Shown piece after piece: positions 37,671-50,647 of a stretch of DNA of 64,000 nucleotides. The stretch is from Eledone cirrhosa (taxonomy: Eukaryota), in contig OZ024759.1 of assembly GCA_964016885.1 (NCBI GenBank), positions 26,970,001 to 27,034,000 on the forward strand, given 5' to 3'. Position 1 is the first letter of the stretch. The number at the start of each line of letters is the position of its first letter. Made by a program: the position numbers and the translations under genes. Under the pieces are notes generated by a model, which saw only the letters and a list, made by a program, of their open reading frames with translations, made no database searches and had not been told where the DNA came from.

Positions 37671-39268
37671 TGTCCATAACATTACATGTCAGAATTATTA
37701 GCCACAGGGGCAGAGATGTCCATAACATTACATGTCAGAATTATTAGCCACCGGGGCAGAGATGTCCATAACATTACATGTCAGAATTATTAGCCACAGG
37801 GGCAGAGATGTCCATAACATTACATGACAGAATTATTAGCCACAGGGGCAGAGATGACCATAACATTACATGACAGATTTATTAGCCACAGGTGCAGAGA
37901 TGACCATAACATTACATGACAGAATTATTAACCACAGGGGCAGAGATGACCATAACATTACATGACAATTATTAGCCCCAGGGGCAGATATGTCCATAAC
38001 ATTACATGACAGAGTTTCATCTCGCGCTCTCTCTCTCTCGTTTCATCTCGCTCTCTCTCTCTCTCGTTTCATCTCTGTCTTCCTCTCTCTCATTTCATCT
38101 CTGTCTTCCTCTCTCTCGTTCCATCTCTCTCTTCCTCTCTCTCGTTCCATCTCTCTCTTCCTCTCTCTCGTTTCATCACTCTCTCTCGTTTCATCTCTAT
38201 TTCTCTCTCTCGTTTCATCTGTCTCTCTCTCTGTCGTTTCATCTCCCTCTATCTCTCTCTCGCTCTCTCATTTCATCTCTCTCTCCCTCTCGTTTCATCT
38301 CGCTCTCTCTCTCCTGTTTCATCTCGCTCTCTCTCTCCTGTTTCATCTCGCTCTCTAGTCTCGTTTCCTCTCTCTCTCATTTCATCTCGCTCTCTCTCTC
38401 TCATTTCATCTCGCTCTCACTCTCTCTCATTTCATCTCGCTCTCTCTCTCTCATTTCATCTCGCTCTCACTCTCTCATTTCATCTCGCTCTCACTCTCTC
38501 TCATTTCATCTCGCTCTCTCTCTCTCTCTCGTTTCATCTCGCTCTCTCTCTCTCATTTCATGTCGCTCTCACTCTCTCTCATTTCATCTCGCACTCACTC
38601 TCTCATTTCATCTCGCTCTCTCTCTCTCTCGTTTCATCTCGCTCTCTCTGTCTCATTTCATCTCGCTCTCTCTCTCTCTCTCTCTCGTTTCATCTCGCTC
38701 TCTCTCTCTCTCATTTCATCTCACTCTCTCTCTCTCTCGTTTCATCTCGCTCTCACTCTCTCATTTCATCTCGCTCTCTCTCTCTCGTTCCATCTTGCTC
38801 TCTCTCTCTCTTCCTCTCTCTCTTGTTTCAACACTCTAATCCCTCACTTGTTTCATCTCTCTCTAATCCCTCACTTGTTTCATCCCTCACCCTCTTGTTT
38901 CATCCCCCTCTCCCTCTTCCTCTCTCTCTCTTCCTCTCTCTCTCTTCCTCTCTCTCTCTCTTTCTCTCTCTCTCTTCCTCTCTCTCTCTCTTCCTCTCTC
39001 TCTCTCTCTTCCTCTCTCTCTCTCTTTCACACTCTATCTCCGACTCGTTTCATCACTCTCTCCCCTCTCTCCCCTCACCCTCTTGTTTCAACTCTCTCTT
39101 CGTTTCAACTCTCTCTCCTCTCGTTTCAACTCTCTCTCTCTCTCTCTCCTCTCGTTACAACTCTCTCTCTCTCTCCTCTCGTTTCAACTCTCTCTCTCTT
39201 TTCTCGTTTCAACTCTCTCCTCTCTTGTTTCAACTCTCTCACCTCTCGTTTCAACTCTTTCTCTCTGT
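37671..39268 (-). repeat. Single composite satellite module (46-bp array + CT-rich block)
   Basis: About 7-8 inverted 46-mers (37671-38010) followed by a CT block ending like 25640-26100. Confidence 0.95.
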
Positions 39269-40203
39269 GTCTCCAATGTGTAATAAACCGTGACTCATAT
39301 ATATATACCGAAGTATGTACATAAACACATACATACACGCATGTGTATATATATATATACATACATGTGTCTCTCTCTCTCTCCCTATATATATGTATAT
39401 ATGTATAAATATGTACATACATATTAGTGTATATATATTGCTATCTATATGCATATTTGTATAATTATACTGTATGGTGAATTGGCAGTATCGGTAGAGG
39501 GTCTGACGCCATGCTTTCCAGCATAGTTACGTCCCTTTACGATCCGAGGTTAACTTTGCCTTTCATCCTTAAGGGGTCGATAAAATAAAGTACCAGTAAT
39601 GTACTGGTTAATTGCTGGCCTTGTGCCTAAAGTAGAAACAATTATTAGTTCAAAGTGAAACCACCATCCTACCTGAAATATTATGTTATCATATTAAATA
39701 TTTCTTATACTGTCATGTTTTTTCTTTAAAACGATTGCATCTCAATAAAGTGAAGAAAACTATTATATACTGTTGTTATATCATTATACTTTAGTTTTAA
39801 CATTTCTATGTGTATAAATATAATGTATGTAAGTGTGTTTGAAAATATATAATAATAATATGCATGTTTGAAGCAGGGTTCAACTGAAATATCTATACCA
39901 GTAACTTAATTAGTGTTACACCTTAGGCATAAACTATTTGGCATTCTTTGAAGGAGGTACTAGGTTTTTCGCTTTCTTAAATGGAGTATACACGCGCACA
40001 CGATGCATATATATAAATTGTTTTTCTCTGTACAAAGAGATTGACATCATTTCTTAAATCATTATTTAGGGTTTTACAACAAAACATATTGTATGTGTAA
40101 TTATACAAATTGAATTTAAGTATTTATTTTAAAATTTTACATACACTTTAGTAGTATCATCATCATCATCATCATCATTTTACGTCCGCTTTTCCCTCAT
40201 TTG

Positions 40204-41067
40204 TGATGCCATGCATTGTATTGTACACTTCGACATATGGATTATATTCATGCAACACCTCTCATATCATAGCCATTTTTTGTGGTGAGCAGTCATTATT
40301 TGTTGGGACTAGGGCAGTGGATTGGCAGTATCGGTAGAGCGTCAGACACCATGCTTTGCAGCATAGGGTTATGGCCCTTTACGTTCTGGGTTCAAATCCC
40401 TCTAAGGTTGACTTTGTTTTCATCCTTATGAGGTCGATAGAATAAAGTACCAGTAATTGCTGGCCTTGTGCCAGACAAAATTATTTGGTTGTACTTCCAA
40501 TCTGTGCTACACACCTTCGTTCCCATCAATAATATATAACTGGCCATATTGTGGTGTATTTTCTGCAGGTTACAGAGATGGGTGTGTATTGATATGTTTG
40601 ACCCTGAATATGAAATCTATACGGGCCTCTGCCGGGTGGTAACACCAAATGAAGTGAAATAAATGTAGTTTTAATTGCAGATGTTTCTGTGAAATCAACT
40701 GCTTCCTGGCCTCTTTCAAAGAGATTTCTCAGTCTCTCAGGGTATATTTGCAATGGTGGCAACACTACCTTTCCTTTATTACAACAGTTACAATTTTCAT
40801 TTCTAAATTTCAAAGCTCCACAGTGATCACACGAAACATTCATATCACTAATATGAAATTCTTCTACATTTCCATTAATATTAATTGTTGGCCAATTTCT
40901 CTTACGACGCTCATTATCCATTCTTCTCTGTCTGAATGTTTTCCATTCTAAGTCTATTTGCATGGAATAATTATATTCTGTTGTTTATTATGTAATTAAA
41001 TAGCTCTGTACAATACATAGAGCATTCTTCTTTTCTTTACCTTTTCTATGGAAATACAAGAACAAAC

Positions 41068-41105
<38 letters not shown>

Positions 41106-41141
41106 ATATACATAAACAAGACTGTTATTGCTCCAACCAGT
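40204..41141 (-). mobile_element. Helitron N-terminal fragment (U1'); continues the frame broken at 37652
   Basis: ORF remnant 40526-40963 identical to 1255-1692. Confidence 0.88.
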
Positions 41142-43642
41142 CTATTTACCTTTGATAACTATCCTAAATATAAATACACCTATACCATACATACACATAT
41201 CATATATGTTTTTGATGCCGTGGTATAGCAGAGATAAGCAAGAAGAGAAAAGAAAATGAAAATGAGAAAAAAAAAGAAGTAAGAAGTCGGGGGAGGGACA
41301 GACACTTCACTCCTGTCGTCTTTCCTCCCGACTTTATGGAGGAAATCAGCAGTACAGGGACCAAGTATGGCAGAGGTCTCAATGGAGTGGAAGAGGTGAG
41401 TCAGGCCTTGGTACTATCTTACTATCCTTTGCATTGCGGGGTGTGGAGCCTAGGTTTGTGGCTGTAGCTATATTTGAACTTTTATATGAAATTTCAGTTT
41501 TATATTTTTCACATCTTAAAACTTAATCTTAGTCTTTTGCAGCTCATCTTGTTTCATCTCGCAGCACACGATTTGGGAACCACTGCTCTAGAGTTAGAAA
41601 AAGTATATTTTATGCAGGGCTTCCCTGAGGCATAAAAACTATTTCAAGAGATCGACATGGGTAGAAAGGTTGAGAAATGCTGCACAATGTTCTTTGGTTT
41701 TTGTTCACCTTTAAATAATCATGTATAAAATATCGGGTGTGCAAGATTTCATGAAAAGGTATAACATTATTTATGCTGATCTTGCAGGAACTAGCTCCAA
41801 TTGAGAGTTGTACCAATTCCCACTAAACTCGAAACTCCTGGACAATATATACATATCTTTATAAGTTCCTGTGTATTGTGTCGTTGTATAATGAAACATA
41901 AATATATACCATGCATGTCAGTCAGATTTGAACTCACTATATTTGGCGTTTTATAGATATAATTTGTTTGTTAAAACAATTGATTAAATAATAACTAAAT
42001 AAAATTAATTCTACAATCCTGGATAGGGAATGAACTTATAACTTCATAATAGAAGCCATCTATTCGAGCAGTATTGCCATCTAAGCCACCAGGTTACTTA
42101 CAGAACTTCATTCAAATATAAAATATAAAATATATGCCAGACATAGTGAGTTCGAATCTGACTGATTAGTTGGTCATTGTCCCAGCCAACAGTTTAAATC
42201 GCCAACCAGTAGGTTACATCGACTAGGTTGGGAAAACTTGGTTAAGTAGCTCCAGTTATTGCTACGTTAGACATATTCAAGACTTATCGACACCGAATGG
42301 AAGAAAGGTAAAGTTGAACTCAGAGTAAAGAACTGGAAAAATACTGCAAAGAATTCTATCTGATGTTCTAACAATTCTACCAAATTACCTTATGTATATA
42401 TATTTATATCTAGAGATAAGAAGAAAACTGAAAGAAAGAAAAAAAAATGAGACCTTATATGTAACCCATGACCGGGATTGAAACCGAAACCAGGACTACC
42501 ACCATCTCTGGTATCACCCACCAGACCACCATGAAAGATACAAAAATCTGCTTTTTTAATATTTATAAGCCTACTTTCAATATTAAAGTAATTAACATGT
42601 GGTGTTGTTCATGCCTTTCTCTATGTTATTGATAAAAAATAAAGTATTTAAACCTCAAATTTTGTTATTCAAATATGCTTGCTTATGTAATTATAAATGT
42701 CGCAGAATACACACACATATATAGATGTGAAAATATTCAGGACCCCAACGGCTGTGCTACTGCCGTTTCGACATCTATATATATATCTTTTAGTCCTAGG
42801 CTCTTTCAGCGCAGAAAGAATTCTCCAATGATCACAACCAGCTAATGGTGCCCAGTGGAAGCACTTTAGTCTAATTATAACCCCAACGATCACGATTGGC
42901 GGCGGCTTTTTCGAGTCTGAGGTTGACTGCCAGATATATATATATATATTTTTATACTTTGCTAGAATCCCGGAGAACAACAGAAAGATGCTGAGTTCAG
43001 AGTTTAAAAAACATGTCCCCTTTAATATAAAAACAATCCGAGTCTTGTAAAAGTGTTATTACTGTAATATAAAGTAGAAACCCTTTATTTAAACAAAGCT
43101 GCGATGCAGCGATCATCAAAGCAAACCCCAAAATGTAAACAAACTTCTCGCAGGTGCTGCCAGATACACGATAACATGTGTATACGAAGTGTAACAGGGA
43201 GTTGGGTCGTATTATATGACTTTCAAATTGACCCCTATTATATTCAAATTATCCCCTGTGGGGCGTGCACCCCACGTTGAGAATCCCTCATAAATAAATA
43301 TATGTGAGTGTGTTGCTATGACTGCTATTTCTAGCAGGTTTACTGCAGTCCTGTAGACGCACAACAAAAACCGGAAGTGGCAGCCATTAAAAAACTTTGG
43401 CTTAAAATCAGCCAAAAGATTTTCAATAATAGTAAAATTTTATTTTTGACAAGGACGATAACTTTTGTCTTACTTAATCGCAAAAATCGAGGCAAAAATT
43501 TTGAGGGTGTGCAGTTTACACGCTAAAAATAAACCTGCTAGAAATAGCAGTCATAGCAACTCACTTACATATATTTATATATCATATATATATATATATA
43601 TATATATGGACACTTTAGAAATAGCAGCGAATAACAGAAAGG

Positions 43643-43739
<97 letters not shown>

Positions 43740-46543
43740 TATATATATGCCCCAGCATACACACACACACACACATATATATACATATATATATGCCCCA
43801 GCATGGTCTTGGACGATCGTCTAACTAAGGCCAATAATAAAATCCTTCAAAATAAATTAAACACTACTAAATCCGGGGTTACAACTTGGATTACTTAAAA
43901 GTCAGTAAAGCTGTAAAGATTCTATATTGTAAATAGGTGGTCGCATGTTCGAATCCGGGCAAATCTCGAGAAAAATAACAAAAAGAAGGACAATGTAAAA
44001 ATAGCAGCCATAAACGAGAGGAGGACACACACACAAACACACACACATGTATATATATATATATGTGTGTCTGTGTATGTGTTTGGCTGCTATATATATA
44101 TATATAGCGGTCAACACACACACACGTACATATATAAGTGTGTGTGTTTGGCTGATATATATATATATATATATATATGATATATAAATATATGTGAGTT
44201 GCTATGACTGCTATTTCTAGCAGGTTTATTTTAGCGTGTAAACTGCACACCCGCAAAATTTTTGCCTCGATTTTTGCGATTAAGTAAGACAAAAGTTATC
44301 GTCCTTGTCAAAAATAAAATTTTACTATTATTGAAAATCTTTTGGCTGATTTTAAGCCAAAGTTTTTTAATGGCTGCCACTTCCGGTTTTTGTTGTGCGT
44401 CTACAGGACAGCCATAAACCTACTAGAAATAGCAGTCATAACAACACACTTATGTATATTTATATATCAGGGATTCTCAACGAAGGGTACACGCCCCACA
44501 GGGGGCAATTTGAATTTAATAGGGGCCAATTAGAAAGTGATATAATACGACCAAACTTCCAGTTACACTTTGTTCACATGTTATCCTGTATCTGGCAGCA
44601 GCTACGAGAAGTTTGTTTATATTTTGAAGTTTGTTTTGATCATCGCGGCATCGTAGCTTTGTTTAATTAAAGCATTTCTACTTTATATTACAGTAGTAAC
44701 ACTTTTACAAGACTCGGTTTATTTCTATATTAAAAGGGAACATAAACCTAATTTTTAAACGTTGAGGTGGGGCATGGAGCAAAAAAGGTTTGGAACTACT
44801 GAAGACAACGAATCATCGTTTTTATTAATGTAAACAAACTTCTCGCAGGTGCTGCCAGATACACGATAACATGTGTATACGAAGTGTAACAGGGAGTTGG
44901 GTCGTATTATATGACTTTCAAATTGACCCCTATTATATTCAAATTATCCCCTGTGGGGCGTGCACCCCACGTTGAGAATCCCTCATAAATAAATATATGT
45001 GAGTGTGTTGCTATGACTGCTATTTCTAGCAGGTTTACTGCAGTCCTGTAGACGCACAACAAAAACCGGAAGTGGCAGCCATTAAAAAACTTTGGCTTAA
45101 AATCAGGCAAAAGTTTTTTAACAATTTGCCAAGAAAGATAACTCTTGTCTTACTTAATCGCAAAAATCGAGGCAAAATTTTGCGGGTGTGCAGTTTGTTT
45201 GGTGTATTTGACTGCTATTTCTAGCATATATGGACACTTTAGAAATAGCAGCGAAACACGGGAAACATAAGAAAGAAGGTCACACACGTATATATATATA
45301 TATATATATAATTATGTATCTGTATATATATATATATATATACATATATACATATATATATGCACAGATATATACATTTAAATATATATATTTATATATA
45401 CATACACGCGCGCACACACACCTATACGTAGATATTGGTGTGTGTATAGCTGGTATATATATATATATGTATGGGTGAGTGTATAGCTGGTATATATATA
45501 TATATATATATAGGTGTGTGTCCTTCTTTCTGCTGTTTTCCGTTTTTCGCTGCTATTTCTAAAGTGTCCATACATGCTAGAAATAGCAGTCATAGAAACA
45601 CACTCACATATATTTATTTATGAGGGATTCTCAACGTGGGGTGCACGCCCCACAGGGGATAATTTGAATATCCCCCTCTTTATATCAATTAGCACTAACT
45701 CTCTCCCTCTCTATATCTACTACACGGCACTCTCTTCCAATACCCCTCTCTATATGAAGTAACACCAAACTCTCCCCCTCTCTATATATTAAGCACTAAG
45801 TCAGGAATTTTTTTCTTCTTTCGTGCAGAGAGAGTAAAGTTGATTAAATCTACTGCAGTGAATTACTGGTATTTTATTTAATAAAAATTAAAATTTACTA
45901 TTTGTCTTCGTTTAATTTTCGTTTTTCTTTACATAGTTTCGTTTCGTTAAATGTCTCCAGAATTTGTTTTTACTTTTACCGGATATTGAAGGTGTAAACT
46001 TGGTGTTGTCTAGAAACGTGTTAGAAATATTTTTCTTTTAATTGTGAAGAATTTAACCGCAAAGTAAGTTTTTTTTACTGTTTATTTGTGGCTGGGACAA
46101 CGTATGGTATGTGTTAATGTAAATGGTGAAGGTTTAAAGATTCTTTTTACAACTGAAAATCGGTTTGTTGTTGCTGCTAATTACTTAACGCATGGAATAG
46201 ATTAAAAAAATACAGGATTGTTTCTCGGAAGAGAGGAAGAAGAAACAAATCACAGAAGCGGGTAGCACACACATTTGGGACCACATACAACACAAAAACA
46301 GGTAATCCACACATCTGGGACCACATACAACACACCAGCAGGTAATACATACATCTAGGACCACATAAGCAGGTAATACACACATCTAGGACCACATACA
46401 ACACACAAGCAGGTAATACCCACATCTAGGACGACATACAACCAAAGGCAGGCGAAAGGGGTGGACAAACGAGCTGCTACTAGATCAAAAGATAACAGTA
46501 TCGCGAGGAGCACTGGGAAACCTCTCTAATGATTTTTTAGGAA

Positions 46544-46741
46544 AGCCAGCACGTCTGCAGCGTTACCTCGGGCGATGGCGAGGCTGAGGAGCTGGAACAA
46601 CCAAGTGCCCTCACGAGCTTCACCAGTCACCTTCGTCAGGCTAGCCGCCAGTGAAGATAGGAATCTCGCAGTCAGTATCCCGACTCCCCCAAACGCCACA
46701 GGCTGGAAAATGTAGTTGGCCGACAGATCACAGTATTACTT
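46544..46741 (-). mobile_element. CRE-like endonuclease tail (U1')
   Basis: Copy of 7261-7458. Confidence 0.8.
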
Positions 46742-46888
46742 AACAGTGATAGATATTCTGTCTAAAGGAGGGGCGTACAACAGGCGGCCCGCGGGCCACA
46801 GTCGAGCCCACCTGACCAGTCAGAGTGGCCCGCAATGACTCTTGTAGGCTTATTTAGAATTTTTTCCATACCCGTAATACTTCTGTTA

Positions 46889-47530
46889 GTTGACCTATAC
46901 TAAAGGACTTCACTGATAGGGTTATATGTGTTATAATTTCCCAGTTGACCTATACTAAAGGACTTCACTGATAGGGTTATATGTGTTATAGTTTCCCAGT
47001 TGACCTATACTAAAGGACTTCACTGATAGGGTTATATGTGTTATAGTTTCCCAGTTGACCTATACTAAAGGACTTCACTGATAGGGTTATATGTGTTATA
47101 ATTTCCCAGTTGACCTATACTAAAGGACTTCACTGATAGGGTTATATGTGTTATAGTTTCCCAGTTGACCTATACTAAAGGGCTTCACTGATAGAGTTAT
47201 ATGTGTTATAGTTTCCCAGAGGGCTTCACTGATAGGGTTATATGTGTTATAGTTTCCCAGTTGACCTATACTAAAGGACTTCACTGATAGGGTTATATGT
47301 GTTATAGTTTCCCAGTTGACCTATACTAAAGGACTTCACTGATAGGGTTATATGTGTTATAGTTTCCCAGTTGACCTATACTAAAGGACTTCACTGATAG
47401 GGTTATATGTGTTATAGTTTCCCAGTTGACCTATACTAAAGGACTTCACTGATAGGGTTATATGTGTTATAGTTTCCCAGTTGACCTATACTAAAGGGCT
47501 TCACTGATAGAGTTATATGTGTTATAGTTT
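46889..47530 (+). repeat. 55-bp minisatellite, ~12 units
   Basis: Same length and variant order as 7606-8247. Confidence 0.96.
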
Positions 47531-48102
47531 GAAACAAACTACCCGCATCAGTTATTATACTTTTATAACACCGCTATATTACGTACATGAAAGAGGTAAA
47601 TATTTATTTCTCTTGTCTTCTTAAATGTATAGAACATTTTTCTTATATATATTCTTAACATAGCTAGGACCGTTTATTATTTACTAGTCTCTACTCCTAG
47701 GACTTTGCTGGTCTCATGTCCCCTCCATCAACACACACTCGGTAGAAAGCTGGTCGTCGGAGGTAAAGTGGCCCTGATTACAGGTCTAGTATTGAAGCCT
47801 TTCGGCTTGAGCCTTGCTGATGCCGACAGAGTTCCTGTGGTAGTTTTGGTAGCACAGGTGACATTTTATTGTGTTTAGGTACCGGCTAGTGCGGACACAG
47901 AGAGCACAACCAGGTGGTGAGCTGGCAACGACCAAGTGTAGAGGGCCAGCTTTGAAATTCGAGCGACGGAGTGAACTAGTAAAAGAGGCAGGGTAAGCAG
48001 CATTGGTTCTAACGGTGGGACTAGAACGGAGGTTGGGTGGTGCTGGGGGTGGGCTAACAGCTAACAGTTGTAGGAGTGGTGGGGGTTTGCTAGGATTAAT
48101 TT

Positions 48103-50555
48103 TTACATCTGTATGTGAACTCTTGAAAAAGCAACATACAATTGTCCAGGGTTAAATACTTGCTCAGGGAGGAACAGACCCACTTTATCATGTATTTGAC
48201 CATGGTTCTTGTTGATTGTCATGGCATATGACAGTCTTAATGGAAACTGGGGTCTTTCCAAAGTAAAAAGGATGTTGGCACCACTGGGGGCTAACTTCAG
48301 TCTTGGGATCAAAACACACCTGCCCATCAAAGGACCATAGATATGAGAAGCTTTGATAAAATGTTTATGCAGTTCTACTACTTCTAATCTTGTGCCATTA
48401 CATAATCTGTTCTGGATTGAAATATTCCATAGAAGCATTAGTATTGATCCTGCTTTTAATTGGAGTTTGTGAGGCGGCATCCCAGAAGGTGTAAGCAAGT
48501 TCATTTAGCTTGAACCAGGCAGCAAGGGTCCCTGCATTTCTACCACAACCTGAGCATTGCCTCTTTGAAAGTAAACTCTGTTTGTTCTCCAGGTGTGTGG
48601 CTAGGCTGTATAATGTATGTGATGTACCATGAAGCTTAAATTCGGAGAGACACGACACTGCTTCTGGCTGAGACACATACCTGCAACAAAGATAGGTTCT
48701 TATTTCATCATGGTTGTGTTGGTTCTGAGCCTCATTAGGTAATGCATTATTCGTTACTTCTATAGATGTACAATCATGCCCCATGTAACATATTTAAAGA
48801 GGTACTTGACACTTTTTACAGAAGCGCAAACTTCAACATTAATATGTGCACAATATTTCTTAAGCAAAAAGGCATTAAATGGCACAACATTCCTGTTATC
48901 TACTGAATGTCATCCAATTTACACTGCAGTTCCTGTCTTGCACCTCCTGTACTCTGGGTATCCATTTAGGTTCAATAATGTTTCCCTTCTGTAGGTTTTT
49001 GGATAGTTCTTTTGGAAAAATCCATTTTGTATAAATGGGGGAAAAGGGTTTCCAGAACCACATGGCCCGTGGATCATAAACTTTTAAACCTGCTCATATA
49101 GTACTTGATCATCTTCCAATGCAGGTATTTCTGCTGACACGATTCTGTCAATGTCTTCTCTGTTTCTTATCTTGTCTTCATTTCTTAAGGCTCAGTGTTA
49201 TCATCTGTTTAGATAATTCATTAAACCATTATACTCATCCACTCACAATTGGGCTTGATTGTTCCTCAAATATTGAAGCCTGCATCCCTCTACTTTCATA
49301 TAGGCTTCCACTAAATACTGCTAAAATAATTTACCTGCCCTATATATCGCACTAAATCCTCCTCTATATGCTATACTGTATATGTAATACTCCTGCATTG
49401 TCAGTCTATTGCAAACACAGGTCCTGCATTCCTCTCCATGTCACTATGCCACCAAAATTCACCATTATGGGTCGGTCATGAGGTCCAAGTGGCATGAATT
49501 ATGTGATATTTTCTGAGGAGGATGGTCTTTAGGAAAGATGATAATATCTCTTTGTACAGGTGGTCTGCCCTCAATCCCCCACAAAACAACAGCTATCATT
49601 ACTAGTTGGTAAATTATAGCAGCTCATATCTGATCCTCTTCTAAATCTTAATTCACAGTTCTGTACACGACAATGTTCTCTTCTTGCACTTTGCTGTTTG
49701 ATGCCATGCATTGTATTGTACAATTCACATATGGATTACATTCATGCAACACCTCTCTTATCATAGCCATTTTTTGTGGTGAGCACTCATTATTTGTTGG
49801 TACTAGGGCGGTGGATTGGCAGTATCGGTAGAGCGTCAGACACCATGCTTTGCAGCATAGGGTTATGGCCCTTTACGTTCTGGGTTCAAATCCCTCCAAG
49901 GTTGACTTTGTTTTCATCCTTATGAGGTCGATAGAATAAAGTACCAGTAATTGCTGGCCTTGTGCCAGAAACAATTATTTGGTCGTACTTCCAATCTGTG
50001 CTACACACCTTCGTTCCCATCAATAATATATAACTGGCCATATTGTGGTGTATTTTCTGCAGGTTACAGAGGTGGGGGTGTAGTGATATGTTTGACCGTG
50101 AATATGAAAGCTATACGGGCCTCTGCCGGGTGGTAACACCAAATGAAGTGAAATAAATGTAGTTTTAATTGCAGACGTTTCTGTGAAATCAACTGCTTCC
50201 TGGCCTCTTTCAAAGAGATTTCTCAGTCTCTCGGGGTATATTTGCAATGGTGGCAACACAGCCTTTACTTTATTACAACAGTTATTTTCATTTCTAAATT
50301 TCAAAGCTTCACAGTGATCACACGAAACATTCATATCACTAATATGAAATTCTTCTAGATTTCCATTAATATTAATTGTTGGCCAATTTCTCTTATGACG
50401 CTCATTATCCATTCTTCTCTGTCTGAATGTTTTCCATTCTAAGTCTATTTGCATGGAATAATTATATTCTGTTGTTTATTATGTAATTAAATAGCTCTGT
50501 ACGATACATAGAGCATTCTTCTTTTCTTTACCTTTTCTATAGAAATACAAGAACA

Positions 50556-50606
<51 letters not shown>

Positions 50607-50647
50607 GTGTGTATATACATAAACAAGACTGTTATTACTCCAACCAG
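48103..50647 (-). mobile_element. Degenerate Helitron RepHel pseudogene (macro-repeat copy 2)
   Basis: Near-identical to 8820-11360; same ORF remnants at 48103-48504, 48398-48784 and 50020-50454. Confidence 0.93.

Larger units (their letters stand above)
1..39268. repeat. ~39.27-kb tandem macro-repeat / segmental duplication, copy 1 (U1 1-26100 + U2 26101-39268)
   Basis: Position 1 (gtctccaatgtgtaataaaccgtgac) recurs at 39269. ORF track repeats at offsets 39271-39283 (1255/40526, 3388/42669, 8820/48103, 10668/49951). Confidence 0.96.
26101..39268. repeat. Sub-unit U2: older, more diverged paralogue of U1
   Basis: Same element order as 1-10418 with more substitutions. Lacks a 1695-bp segment, carries the 89-bp array and a ~1.85-kb duplication, and has only one satellite arm. 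Confidence 0.92.
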
